Positions 28,747 to 37,955 of a stretch of 64,000 nucleotides of DNA are shown one piece after another (position 1 is the stretch's first letter; every line of letters begins with the position of its first letter). The notes under the pieces were generated by a model. That model saw nothing but the letters and a program-made list of their open reading frames with translations. It was not told where the DNA came from and did no database searches. Made by a program: the position numbers and the translations under genes. This stretch comes from an uncultured bacterium (lineage in GTDB: Bacteria > Babelota > Babeliae > Babelales > Vermiphilaceae): contig OY968764.1 in the NCBI GenBank assembly GCA_963695335.1, positions 352,001-416,000 on the forward strand. The letters run 5' to 3'.

Positions 28747-29464
28747 TATGATTACATTACACACAGCAGAAATACTTATCAGTGTTATTACCTTTTTTAT
28801 CGCATATATCGTAGTAATCACCGTCTCTAATATGTTCCGTACATGGGTGGCATATAAAATGGGTGATGATACGGGTATGCGATTAGGTTATTTTACAGCA
28901 AATCCAATGGTTCATATTGATCCCGTTGGTCTTTTCTTTCTTTTTTACTTCTATTTTGGATGGGGCAGAATGGTACCCATCAACCCATTGCTGATCACCG
29001 AACCACATCGTTCATTAAAATTAGCAGCGGCGTATCTTTCAGATTCTTTTATGCATTTTGTTTTGAGTTTAATTGGTATTATCGTATTACTTGCTATTTT
29101 TGATGTGAATATTCTGATGGTGATGCGCATTATGGTGTTAACGTATGATGTATCGCATTTGCCGATTGCAAATATGTATCCAGAGCTTTCTTCATTTGTA
29201 ATATCAGTTGGCTTTATTGTATTTGCCTTTGTGTATCTTAATGTGGTGCTTGGTGCGCTCACTTTTATTATTAATTTCAGTAATTATCTTCTCTTTGCTC
29301 TTGCAGACCGCTCAAATAAAATTGCTCAATATGCTAACTATATAACAATCGGATTGCCTATTTTTCTTATTTTGTTCTTTTCACCACTATTACGATTGTT
29401 ATCAGTTAATCTCATTTCTTATATAGGTCTTATTATTGCTCATATTATTGGCATTACCAGATAG
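28747..29464 (+). CDS. Site-2 protease (M50)-like membrane protein with a degenerate active site
   Basis: AYKMGD...G..TANPMVHIDPVG...FGWGRMVPINP. No HExxH. Start position approximate. Confidence 0.7.
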
Positions 29465-29495
29465 GTAGCAGATATTATTATGGATAAAATTTTAT

Positions 29496-29536
29496 CGCGC
29501 TCAAAGATATCCTTCAACAAGTTCAGGACGAGCGCG
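29496..29536. repeat. Family A half-element upstream of tyrS
   Basis: GCGCTCAAAGATATCCTTCAACAAGTTCAGGACGAGCGC. Confidence 0.75.
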
Positions 29537-29561
29537 GAGATGACATTACCGGATAGGCAGT

Positions 29562-30758
29562 ATGGATAACATAGAAAAAACATTAGAACTTTTGCGTTCA
29601 GGCACAGTAAATATTTATTCTGAAGATGAACTTGTTAAAGCAGTTAAAAGTGGAAAAAAACTTAAAGTAAAACTTGGCGCTGATCCTACAGCTTCTGATT
29701 TGCATTTGGGTCACATGGTTGTTTTTTCCAAATTAAAACAGTTTCAAGATTTGGGGCATGAAGTTGTTTTTTTAATTGGTGATTTTACTGCACAAATTGG
29801 TGATCCAACGGGGCGTGATAAGACTCGTCCACCATTAACTCCTGAAATTATTCAGCACAATTTAAAATCATATTTTGATCAGGCGAGTAAAGTGCTTGAT
29901 CCTAAAACGCTCACTATTACATACAATTCTGAATGGCTTGGCAAACTCTCGAGCAGTGAATTGGTGAGCATTCTTGCCAAAGTAACACTTGCACGCATTA
30001 CTGAGCGTGATGATTTTGCAAAACGTATCAAAAATAATGAATCAGTGAGTATGCATGAACTGTTGTATCCTGTTTTCCAAGGTTATGATTCTGTTGTTTT
30101 GCAAGCTGATGTTGAGTTGGGCGGTACTGATCAAACGTTTAATCTTTTGATGGGCCGTTTTTTACAAGAGCAATATGGTCAAAAAGGGCAAATTGCTATA
30201 ACAACTCCGCTGCTTGTTGGATTAGATGGCGTGCACAAGATGTCAAAATCTTTAGGTAATTTTGTTGGTTTGAATGAATCAGCGAGCAATGCGTTTGGTA
30301 AGTTGATGTCTATGTCTGATGAGCTTATGTGGCAGTATTTTATTTTGTTGCTTGGTAAGACTGCGCAACAGATTGAAGAAATGAAGCAAGAGATTGCTGT
30401 TGGTAAGTTGCATCCAATGAATGTGAAAAAAGATATGGCCCAAGGCATTGTTGCACGTTTTTGGTCGGCTGATGAAGCTGCACAAGCGCGGCAGCAGTTT
30501 GAATCTTTGTTCCAAAAACAAGATTATTCCCAAGCACAAGTAGTTGCTTTACCTGATAATTTTGCCAATCCTGTTTGGATTGTTGAATTGCTCAAAGCTT
30601 TAGGTGCAATCACAACATCTTCTGATGCAAAAAGACTGATTGAAGCTGGCTCTGTGCATCTTGATGATGTGGCAGTGACAGATTTTAAGGCGGTGGTTGA
30701 GTGGAAGTCTGGTATGATTGTTAAGGTTGGCAAGCACCGTATTTATAAGATTAAGTAA
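29562..30758 (+). CDS. tyrS: Tyrosine--tRNA ligase
   Basis: GADPTASDLHLGH, GDPTGR, QGYDSV, GGTDQ, KMSKS, C-terminal S4 domain. Confidence 0.97.
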   Translation: MDNIEKTLELLRSGTVNIYSEDELVKAVKSGKKLKVKLGADPTASDLHLGHMVVFSKLKQFQDLGHEVVFLIGDFTAQIGDPTGRDKTRPPLTPEIIQHNLKSYFDQASKVLDPKTLTITYNSEWLGKLSSSELVSILAKVTLARITERDDFAKRIKNNESVSMHELLYPVFQGYDSVVLQADVELGGTDQTFNLLMGRFLQEQYGQKGQIAITTPLLVGLDGVHKMSKSLGNFVGLNESASNAFGKLMSMSDELMWQYFILLLGKTAQQIEEMKQEIAVGKLHPMNVKKDMAQGIVARFWSADEAAQARQQFESLFQKQDYSQAQVVALPDNFANPVWIVELLKALGAITTSSDAKRLIEAGSVHLDDVAVTDFKAVVEWKSGMIVKVGKHRIYKIK

Positions 30759-30765
30759 GTTAAAT

Positions 30766-30872
30766 CCGTTCGTATGTTTTAGCCGTTCGCTCACTTCGAC
30801 AAGCTCAGTGCGAACGGAAAAAGAAAAATTTATCATCCCGTTCGTCCTGAGCCTGTCGAAGGATACGAACAC
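30766..30872. repeat. Family A doublet between tyrS and truB
   Basis: CTTCGACAAGCTCAGTGCGAACGG ... CCGTTCGTCCTGAGCCTGTCGAAG. Confidence 0.85.
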
Positions 30873-30884
30873 AAAACAGTTTCT

Positions 30885-31619
30885 ATGAACAATATTATTA
30901 CCCCTGGTTTTCTTCTCATCAACAAACCCGTCGACATGACCTCTTTTGGCTGCATCAAATACCTTAAAAGAGTGATACAACAAAAAGTTAAAATTGGTCA
31001 TGCAGGTACCCTAGATCCATTTGCAACAGGTCTTTTGATTGTTGCCCTGGGCAGGGAAGCAACACGTCTTATTTCCAAAATCATGGTGATGGAAAAGACG
31101 TATATCGCCACCGGCAAATGTGGCGAATTGACTGATACGCTTGATTACACAGGAACGGTTATAGACACAAGCTCACATATTCCTTCAGAACAAGAGATCA
31201 AAGCCGCTATGGCATCTTTTGGCTCTTCTTATGAACAAATTCCTCCCATTTATTCCGCTCTTCAGCATGAAGGTCAGAGATTATATGCACTGGCACGCAA
31301 AAACAGTATGAGCCCTGAAGAGTTGCAAGCTATAGCAGAAAAAAAACGTAGAACCGTACAATTGTATGATCTGCAGCTTTTGTCTTATGAATCCCCACAA
31401 TTTACGATTAAAGCTTGTGTTTCTCATGGAACGTATATCCGTACATTAGTTAATGATATTGCTGTTAGAATGGGCAGCTGTGCTACAACGTATCAGCTGA
31501 CTCGTACGGCAATTGGGCTCTTTGATATGGCTCAAGCAACAGTTCTGACTGATATTAAGACTATTGAAGATATTACCCGTCTGATAATTCCCGTTGAAGA
31601 GATTGATCTAGGCGAATAA
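30885..31619 (+). CDS. truB: tRNA pseudouridine(55) synthase
   Basis: KIGHAGTLDPFATG, QIPPIYSA, SHGTYIRTL. Confidence 0.95.
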   Translation: MNNIITPGFLLINKPVDMTSFGCIKYLKRVIQQKVKIGHAGTLDPFATGLLIVALGREATRLISKIMVMEKTYIATGKCGELTDTLDYTGTVIDTSSHIPSEQEIKAAMASFGSSYEQIPPIYSALQHEGQRLYALARKNSMSPEELQAIAEKKRRTVQLYDLQLLSYESPQFTIKACVSHGTYIRTLVNDIAVRMGSCATTYQLTRTAIGLFDMAQATVLTDIKTIEDITRLIIPVEEIDLGE

Positions 31620-31738
31620 TCGTTAATTTTCCTTTATTTATAAGGCTTTTTCTATTAAAACTCTTGTTTTCTAACATTCTTTTTTTATAAACTAATTCTA
31701 GTAGTAATAATTAATGTTTTTTAAGCGGAGGAGACGAT

Positions 31739-32098
31739 ATGTCTATGATTAAATGGCGTCCATATGAAGAGTTGGAAAATATTGGAACAGAAATTGAGAA
31801 TTTTGGTTTAGATTTATCTGCCGATATGTATGAGACAGATAAAGATGTTATCGCAACTATGAATGTCCCTGGTATTGATAAAAAAGATATTCATGTACGT
31901 GTTGATGGCAACCACCTTCATGTTTCTGGTGAACGTAAAGAAGAAAAAGAAGTTAAAAAAGATGATTATTATCACAAAGAAATTAGAAGAGGGCATTTTG
32001 AACGTACTATATCTTTACCATGCGCTGTTAATGAAGCAAAAGTAGCTACTGAACTGTCTGAAGGTGTTTTAACAATTACAATGCCAAAAGCAAAGTAA
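31739..32098 (+). CDS. Small heat-shock protein (Hsp20)
   Basis: VPGIDKKDI, VSGER, GHFERTISLP, GVLTITMPK. Confidence 0.9.
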   Translation: MSMIKWRPYEELENIGTEIENFGLDLSADMYETDKDVIATMNVPGIDKKDIHVRVDGNHLHVSGERKEEKEVKKDDYYHKEIRRGHFERTISLPCAVNEAKVATELSEGVLTITMPKAK

Positions 32099-32124
32099 AA
32101 AAAGCTTAAAAAAAGGAAAAGATA

Positions 32125-32685
32125 ATGAAAAAGATAATAACATTGGTAATGCTGTTTACTTTATCAATATGCGCCATAGTTGATGCTAAAGTTGTGAATC
32201 GACAACCACAAACCGTAACAACACAAGATATTGAAGAAACAGAGGAGATAGAGACATCAACTCAGCCACAAAGAATGAGACTGTTACCGGGAGCCCAAAG
32301 AAGAACAGAAAGAAGAATGGAGCGTCGCAAAGGTGGGCAGCCGCAATGCCGTGGCGGTAATTGCGTTAGTATACAATCTTCATCGTCAAAATCGCACATA
32401 ATATCTCATAATGGCGGTGGTGTATCTGTGAATATAACCAGTCCTGAGGTTTCTGAAACAAAAGATAAGGTTATAGTAACCATGCACATTGGTGGTCTTG
32501 CTGCTGGAGATATTATGGCAGAAGTTGATGGAAATAATATTTATATTACTGGTGAGTATAACCGTTCAGGAACTCAAGTATCTATTAATGACTCTGCTTC
32601 ATTGCCATGTGCGGTTGATGCAAAAAGAATGACTAAAAAAGTAACGAATAGTGTTTTGACTATCACATTGCCGAAAATGAAATAA
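32125..32685 (+). CDS. Signal-peptide protein with a C-terminal Hsp20-like domain
   Basis: Signal peptide. ETKDKVIVTM...SLPCAVD...VLTITLPK parallels the upstream Hsp20. Confidence 0.75.
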   Translation: MKKIITLVMLFTLSICAIVDAKVVNRQPQTVTTQDIEETEEIETSTQPQRMRLLPGAQRRTERRMERRKGGQPQCRGGNCVSIQSSSSKSHIISHNGGGVSVNITSPEVSETKDKVIVTMHIGGLAAGDIMAEVDGNNIYITGEYNRSGTQVSINDSASLPCAVDAKRMTKKVTNSVLTITLPKMK

Positions 32686-32715
32686 TAATCGTTTTTTAAA
32701 AAAAGGAGTGTTTTT

Positions 32716-33006
32716 ATGAAAAGCATAAAAAATTTACTTGTTATGGGTGTAATTTTAGTAATCGCATTTGCATCAGTTCAAATGTCTGCAATGGAAGAAG
32801 GTCGACGAGTAAATCCTAAACTTAGCGCAGCGAATAGAGAATTGCTTGAGATGCGTATTAAGAATATGGAAAAAACTATCAAGTCATCAAATCAGTTTAC
32901 TCTTGAGGAAAAAGCAGATGAGATAAAGAGGCTTGAAAACGCCAAACATATGTATTATGGAAACTATCCTTATAGTAGGTTCGATATATTGCGTACCGAT
33001 TTATAA
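32716..33006 (+). CDS. Small exported protein, 'YGN' family
   Basis: MKSIKNLL...SA-ME, NPKLS, YYGNYPY. AGGAG RBS. Confidence 0.75.
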   Translation: MKSIKNLLVMGVILVIAFASVQMSAMEEGRRVNPKLSAANRELLEMRIKNMEKTIKSSNQFTLEEKADEIKRLENAKHMYYGNYPYSRFDILRTDL

Positions 33007-33180
33007 GAATGCGATTGCAGTACCAAAATCAAGTAAAAAATATTGTTTAATATTTAAAAAAGTGCTCTGGGGCAATCCCGGGGCGTTTTTTTGTGTAAAC
33101 TCTTGTTTTTTAGGCTTTTTCTCTTGTATTATAAATTCAGACAGGAATAATTGTAGTTTTTAATAATTAAGGGGTGTTTT

Positions 33181-33468
33181 ATGAAAAGCATAAAAAATTT
33201 ACTTGTTATGAGTATAGCTTTAACAGTTATATTATGTACATCAGTGCAAACGATTGCGATGGTAAAAGAAGAGAATAAGCTTTTAAGTACAGCACAGAAA
33301 GAACAACTTAGGGATGCTCTTATATCGAAAGACGAGTTCTTAAGTTCAAGAAAAAGAAATCCAGTAATGGCGAAAAAAGTAGAAGCGCAAAAGAAAGCAA
33401 TAGAAAAAATACTTTATGGTGATCAACTTTATGATAAAGATGACATATTTGTTGCGATATATTTATAA
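33181..33468 (+). CDS. Small exported protein, 'YGN' family
   Basis: MKSIKNLL..., ILYGDQLY. Confidence 0.75.
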   Translation: MKSIKNLLVMSIALTVILCTSVQTIAMVKEENKLLSTAQKEQLRDALISKDEFLSSRKRNPVMAKKVEAQKKAIEKILYGDQLYDKDDIFVAIYL

Positions 33469-33612
33469 TTTATAGCAAAAATAAATAAAAAAAGCGCTTT
33501 GAGTCAATCTCGAAGCGTTTTTTTTATTTTAATTATTGCTATCTGTCTTTTGGTTTTTATAAAATAATATCAGACAGTAAATTTATTGATTGTTTAAAAA
33601 GGGGAGAGGGTA

Positions 33613-34881
33613 ATGGAGCGTTCAATAAAAAATTGGTTAAAGTATAGCCTGATAAGGCTATGTGTAATGTTGTTGATAGGTTTTGGAGTGGTTGAAGCTA
33701 AGCAGATGCAATCAGGAACAGCAAGATCAGTTGTAGGGATTCCTCAGGTAGCACCAAAACCTTCTGTAACTGTTCCAACGGTGCCAAAAGTGCCACAAGT
33801 TGCTCCAACAGTTTCGCAACAACAAAGAAAACAGGATAGATTTACACAGACGGAAGCTTTTTTGCAACTTACACGAGAGATAGATTTACTCAAAGATGAA
33901 TCAAGTTCTCGATATATCCCTTATCTTAATATTATTTCTGATTGCTTAGTAAAAGAACAAGAACTAAAAAATAGTCATTATGCATTTTATCATACTACTG
34001 ATAATGCATGGCGTCTTGCGCAAGATGTATATACACAGTTGTTTACTCGACAAAATGCATTAGGAAAAACAGTAGGGAAAAATTTTACCTTTTTAAGATT
34101 TGATGATTATCCAACGCAAAATGCAAAAGAGTTTTTGGTTGGTGAATTAAAGAAAAGTGGACTTATTAATGATACGGGAGAGTTGGCTGCAATTCTTTTA
34201 TCGGTAAACGTATCACTTTTTGGTAATACAGGTAGACCTACTTCATGTACATGGGATTATTTTTTAAAAGACATAGGGCATAGTCTTCCTGACCGTAAGG
34301 TGTACGAAAAAATGATGACTGATTTTGGATTAACTCATAAATATATTGATGAGCTGTTGGGGCTTGTAAAGTTGTATGATACAAAAGAAAATACTTTATT
34401 ACAGATATTTGTTCCTCAGAATAGAATTGATGACATTGGTTATTTGTCATGGTCAAAAGGTGTACCTTTACATGAAGGGTCTATTGATTGGATAAAGAAA
34501 TATATGAGAAAAAAATCATGGACGCATAAAGAAGGTAAACATGTTGCTGAGTGGGCGATGGAAGATTTGGCAAAACAGTTTAAAAAAGAGCAAGAAAGCA
34601 ACCCCTTATTTAAAGATCTTATAGAAAGTGTTCAAGCAGGTGATTTTAGTGTTGATGAGTATTTAAAGATTTATCGTAATAAGCCATGGGAATTACCAAC
34701 TATTAATAATGATCAGGTTCGTCTTATTTTTTCAGCAGATGGTTTATTGAATCCAGCATCAGACGTGCAATTTTATCGCCATTCAACAGCTTCAAAAGAT
34801 CGATTAAAAAAATATTATCAACGATTAAATGAGGTTATTGATAAAATAATCGCTGAAACAGAGGGGGAAGATAATGTGTAA
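33613..34881 (+). CDS. Exported protein, putative ADP-ribosyltransferase-like fold (paralog 1)
   Basis: Signal peptide, Pro-rich linker, AFYHTT / LLSVN / LLQIFVP / QVRLIF. The gene is clear; the function is inferred. Confidence 0.6.
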   Translation: MERSIKNWLKYSLIRLCVMLLIGFGVVEAKQMQSGTARSVVGIPQVAPKPSVTVPTVPKVPQVAPTVSQQQRKQDRFTQTEAFLQLTREIDLLKDESSSRYIPYLNIISDCLVKEQELKNSHYAFYHTTDNAWRLAQDVYTQLFTRQNALGKTVGKNFTFLRFDDYPTQNAKEFLVGELKKSGLINDTGELAAILLSVNVSLFGNTGRPTSCTWDYFLKDIGHSLPDRKVYEKMMTDFGLTHKYIDELLGLVKLYDTKENTLLQIFVPQNRIDDIGYLSWSKGVPLHEGSIDWIKKYMRKKSWTHKEGKHVAEWAMEDLAKQFKKEQESNPLFKDLIESVQAGDFSVDEYLKIYRNKPWELPTINNDQVRLIFSADGLLNPASDVQFYRHSTASKDRLKKYYQRLNEVIDKIIAETEGEDNV

Positions 34882-36241
34882 GTTAAATAAAAAGATGATA
34901 ATTTATAGAACTTTATTTGTTGTTTTTTCATTTGTTGCCATACAAACATTGCCAAAACAACTTAAAAATCCTGTTGTACAAAGAGCATTAGAGCAAGAGC
35001 GGGAAACAGTAGCTCAAAAATCAGGAGTTCAAGAAGTAAATTTGGGTGAACTTCAATCTCAAGTAAGTTCTGATTTATATACGCAAACACAAGCTCATTT
35101 ACAGTTGAATAAAGTAAGAGAACTTATTCAAGAGAAATATAAAAATGATGTGGTACCTTATTTTGATGTTATATCTCGAGTTATTACCAAAGAAGTGGAG
35201 TTTAAAAATAGTCATTGGGCATTTTATCATGGCACTTCTCAAAAATGGATGGTTTGGCAAGATGTTCTAACAAAGTTAACCAATCATTTTAAGCCATCAA
35301 ATGCAAAGGAAGGGCAATTTGTGTTTTTGAGAACTAAGGCACCTGAGGGCTTAAGTCACATTAAAGCAAAAGAGTTTTTGGTAAAAGAGTTAAGAGCGCA
35401 TGGCCTTATTGATGATCAAAATGAAGATCAAGGAATGCTATTGTCAACAAACTTAGCATTGTTTGGAAATGTTGGGTTTTTAAATGAAGCAACTTGGTCA
35501 TATTTTATACAAGAGCAGTCACATGCTGTATTGGATAGATCATTTTATGAATCCATAATGAATGAGTTTGGATTGTCTCATACATATATTGATGAGCTTA
35601 TGGGGCTGGTAAATATGCTACCTTCAAAACATGAGTCTTTGTTGCAGATTTTTATTCCTAAAAACATTGTAGATGACGTTGCATATTTAGCGTGGGTTAC
35701 TGGTATTCCTGCTCATGATGAAGTTATTGATTGGGTTCGTACCAATGTAAAGAAGAAAAAATATAAAGCTGAACCAGGTAAATCACCAAATATGATGGCA
35801 TTGGCTTCATTAAAAGGCAGATTTAAAAAAGAACAAGAAAATAATCCTTTATTTAAAGAAATGCTTGAAGCAATTGAAAAGGGTGATTACAGTATCAACG
35901 CTTATTTGAAAATTTATTGTAATAAACCAGAAGAGTTGCATGGTGCTAATTATGCTCAAGCGCGTCTTCTTTTAACCGATGATATTTTATTAAACCCAAG
36001 GTCTGGAGTTCTGATATTTAGACATACAGATGTTGATCATAGATCAATGGAAAAGTATGAAGAGCGTTTAGATCAGATTATACAGAAGATTCTTGCTGAA
36101 AACAGAGAAAAAATGATTCCATCTTTGCCTCAACCAAGAGCTAATATAAATCCAGCTCCTGTGGTTAAACCAGTTACACCAACAACAATGCCTCAACCAC
36201 GACAACCTGGGCAGAGACCGTTAAAGCCAATAATACGATAA
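34874..36241 (+). CDS. Exported protein, putative ART-like fold (paralog 2)
   Basis: AFYHGTS / LLSTN / LLQIFIP / QARLLL, with a Pro-rich C-tail. Confidence 0.6.
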   Translation: MCKLNKKMIIYRTLFVVFSFVAIQTLPKQLKNPVVQRALEQERETVAQKSGVQEVNLGELQSQVSSDLYTQTQAHLQLNKVRELIQEKYKNDVVPYFDVISRVITKEVEFKNSHWAFYHGTSQKWMVWQDVLTKLTNHFKPSNAKEGQFVFLRTKAPEGLSHIKAKEFLVKELRAHGLIDDQNEDQGMLLSTNLALFGNVGFLNEATWSYFIQEQSHAVLDRSFYESIMNEFGLSHTYIDELMGLVNMLPSKHESLLQIFIPKNIVDDVAYLAWVTGIPAHDEVIDWVRTNVKKKKYKAEPGKSPNMMALASLKGRFKKEQENNPLFKEMLEAIEKGDYSINAYLKIYCNKPEELHGANYAQARLLLTDDILLNPRSGVLIFRHTDVDHRSMEKYEERLDQIIQKILAENREKMIPSLPQPRANINPAPVVKPVTPTTMPQPRQPGQRPLKPIIR

Positions 36242-36257
36242 ACAAACTTTGCTTTTT

Positions 36258-36289
36258 AAGAAGGACCTGAAGTTATTCAGGTCCTTCTT
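36258..36289. terminator. Hairpin between convergent genes
   Basis: AAGAAGGACCTGAA...TTCAGGTCCTTCTT. Confidence 0.7.
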
Positions 36290-36296
36290 GATTGGA

Positions 36297-37799
36297 TTAT
36301 TTGTTTAATGTTTTTTCAATGTTGTCAAATATTGGGTTAATGTGTTTAGTGACGATTTCTTTTATATAACCAGGATCAAAGTTTAAAGGATCAGCCTTAA
36401 TATTTGTTGTAAATATTTCTTTTAAATCATGTAATAGCTGTTTTCTATCTTGAGCCGGAAAGACCGAGATATACCCTTTAATAAATGGTGTAAGCGTTAT
36501 ATTAAGATAAGTTCCTGGTTTTACTCCTTTAATGATTTCTTTAAATTGATAGATTGTGTCATTGCTTGAGAATGGTGGGAATATAAGACGCATAAAATCA
36601 ATTTTTGGAACTTTTAATTGATTAAAGCAACGTACCATTGTTTCATTATCAATAAAGGTAAAGTGTCCGGTTTGTTCATCATAGAAAATGTTATGAACAT
36701 GTAAGTCTCCGTGCGCTACAGTTGTACCAAGAACTTTACCTGGTATTGGCTTCATAAAGCGTTTATGAAAATTACCAAGCTCAACCCCGAGGATATGGTA
36801 TGCTTTTTTGATTCTTTCAGCATTTTCTCTTGATTGGTTATCGCGAAATTCATTAAGGAGATCAAATAAGACAGCTCCTTTTGCTGCAGGCATGGTTGCA
36901 ATATAATGAACGTTCTGATGATGTGGATGATAAGAGAAATAGAAGAATGGTAGTGATATGGTTGGAAAATCTTTCACTACATTTGGCGCAATAAGATCTT
37001 GCATGCCAGGAAATTCTTCTATTTTTTTAAGATTAGTTGATTCGGTAAGGCCTTTTCGCGATTCTTTAACAATGTATAGAAGAGGTTGTGTTGAAGGTGT
37101 ACATGTTGAACTTACTAAAAAAAGTTGTACAGTGTTATATCCGCTTCCAGACCCAAGAGATTTAACATTAAGACACTGTTTGCTATAAAAATCTTTATTT
37201 TTTAGTTTACCTTCATTGTATGCTTCTGCTAGTATACTTGCCAATCCACCTTCAGTTAGGTTGCCATTAGATCTGAGCAGTGCAGGATTGACTCCCATTT
37301 TATGTACAACAGTAGTGTTGCTGTATAGCGTATCAAGAAAATCATTTGAAGACATATTTTGTGCATTGTATTTTCTTTTGACATTTGCGATAGATGTTGG
37401 AGAACATTGTTTTAATTTGTTGGTGCAATGATCAATAATTTGGTCTGCTGTTTGCTCTTCTCCAAATCGCCCTTCACCATATGTTAAACAACATTGGCAA
37501 GCTTCATCTGGATTATTGTTCCAATTATGTGTATTGCAATCATGCTGATTGTTAATAATTTTGACTGTTTTATTAATATCTAATATTTCAGGATCATTTT
37601 TTGTGTGACCTGTGCTTATTTTAGGATTTTGTATTGCTGGTTGAGATTGTACAGGTTGCACTGGTTGGATTGGATTAATTGGACGTATTCTTGTTGGAGT
37701 ATTTGTTGGTTTAGTGATTTGTTTACCAATTATAGGATTAGTAAGTGCCAACATTGCTGCGCATAGTTTAAGATAATGAGATTTGAGAATGTTTTTCAT
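36297..37799 (-). CDS. Exported protein-kinase-like/APH-fold protein with an N-terminal Cys-rich region
   Basis: Signal peptide, LGSGSG loop, YIVKE, HGDLHVHNI, FIDNE. Confidence 0.75.
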   Translation of the reverse strand: MKNILKSHYLKLCAAMLALTNPIIGKQITKPTNTPTRIRPINPIQPVQPVQSQPAIQNPKISTGHTKNDPEILDINKTVKIINNQHDCNTHNWNNNPDEACQCCLTYGEGRFGEEQTADQIIDHCTNKLKQCSPTSIANVKRKYNAQNMSSNDFLDTLYSNTTVVHKMGVNPALLRSNGNLTEGGLASILAEAYNEGKLKNKDFYSKQCLNVKSLGSGSGYNTVQLFLVSSTCTPSTQPLLYIVKESRKGLTESTNLKKIEEFPGMQDLIAPNVVKDFPTISLPFFYFSYHPHHQNVHYIATMPAAKGAVLFDLLNEFRDNQSRENAERIKKAYHILGVELGNFHKRFMKPIPGKVLGTTVAHGDLHVHNIFYDEQTGHFTFIDNETMVRCFNQLKVPKIDFMRLIFPPFSSNDTIYQFKEIIKGVKPGTYLNITLTPFIKGYISVFPAQDRKQLLHDLKEIFTTNIKADPLNFDPGYIKEIVTKHINPIFDNIEKTLNK

Positions 37800-37955
37800 C
37801 AGAGCCCCTTTTTTTGAAAATGTGAATGATATTTGTTTTTTATTTTAATTGGAATTTGATTTCTATCACAAGGATATTTGTGATATTGCTTTTTGATTTG
37901 AATTTCAATTAGGATAGAAAGGAACGGATTGCATAAAAAGTGAGAGGATTAAAAG

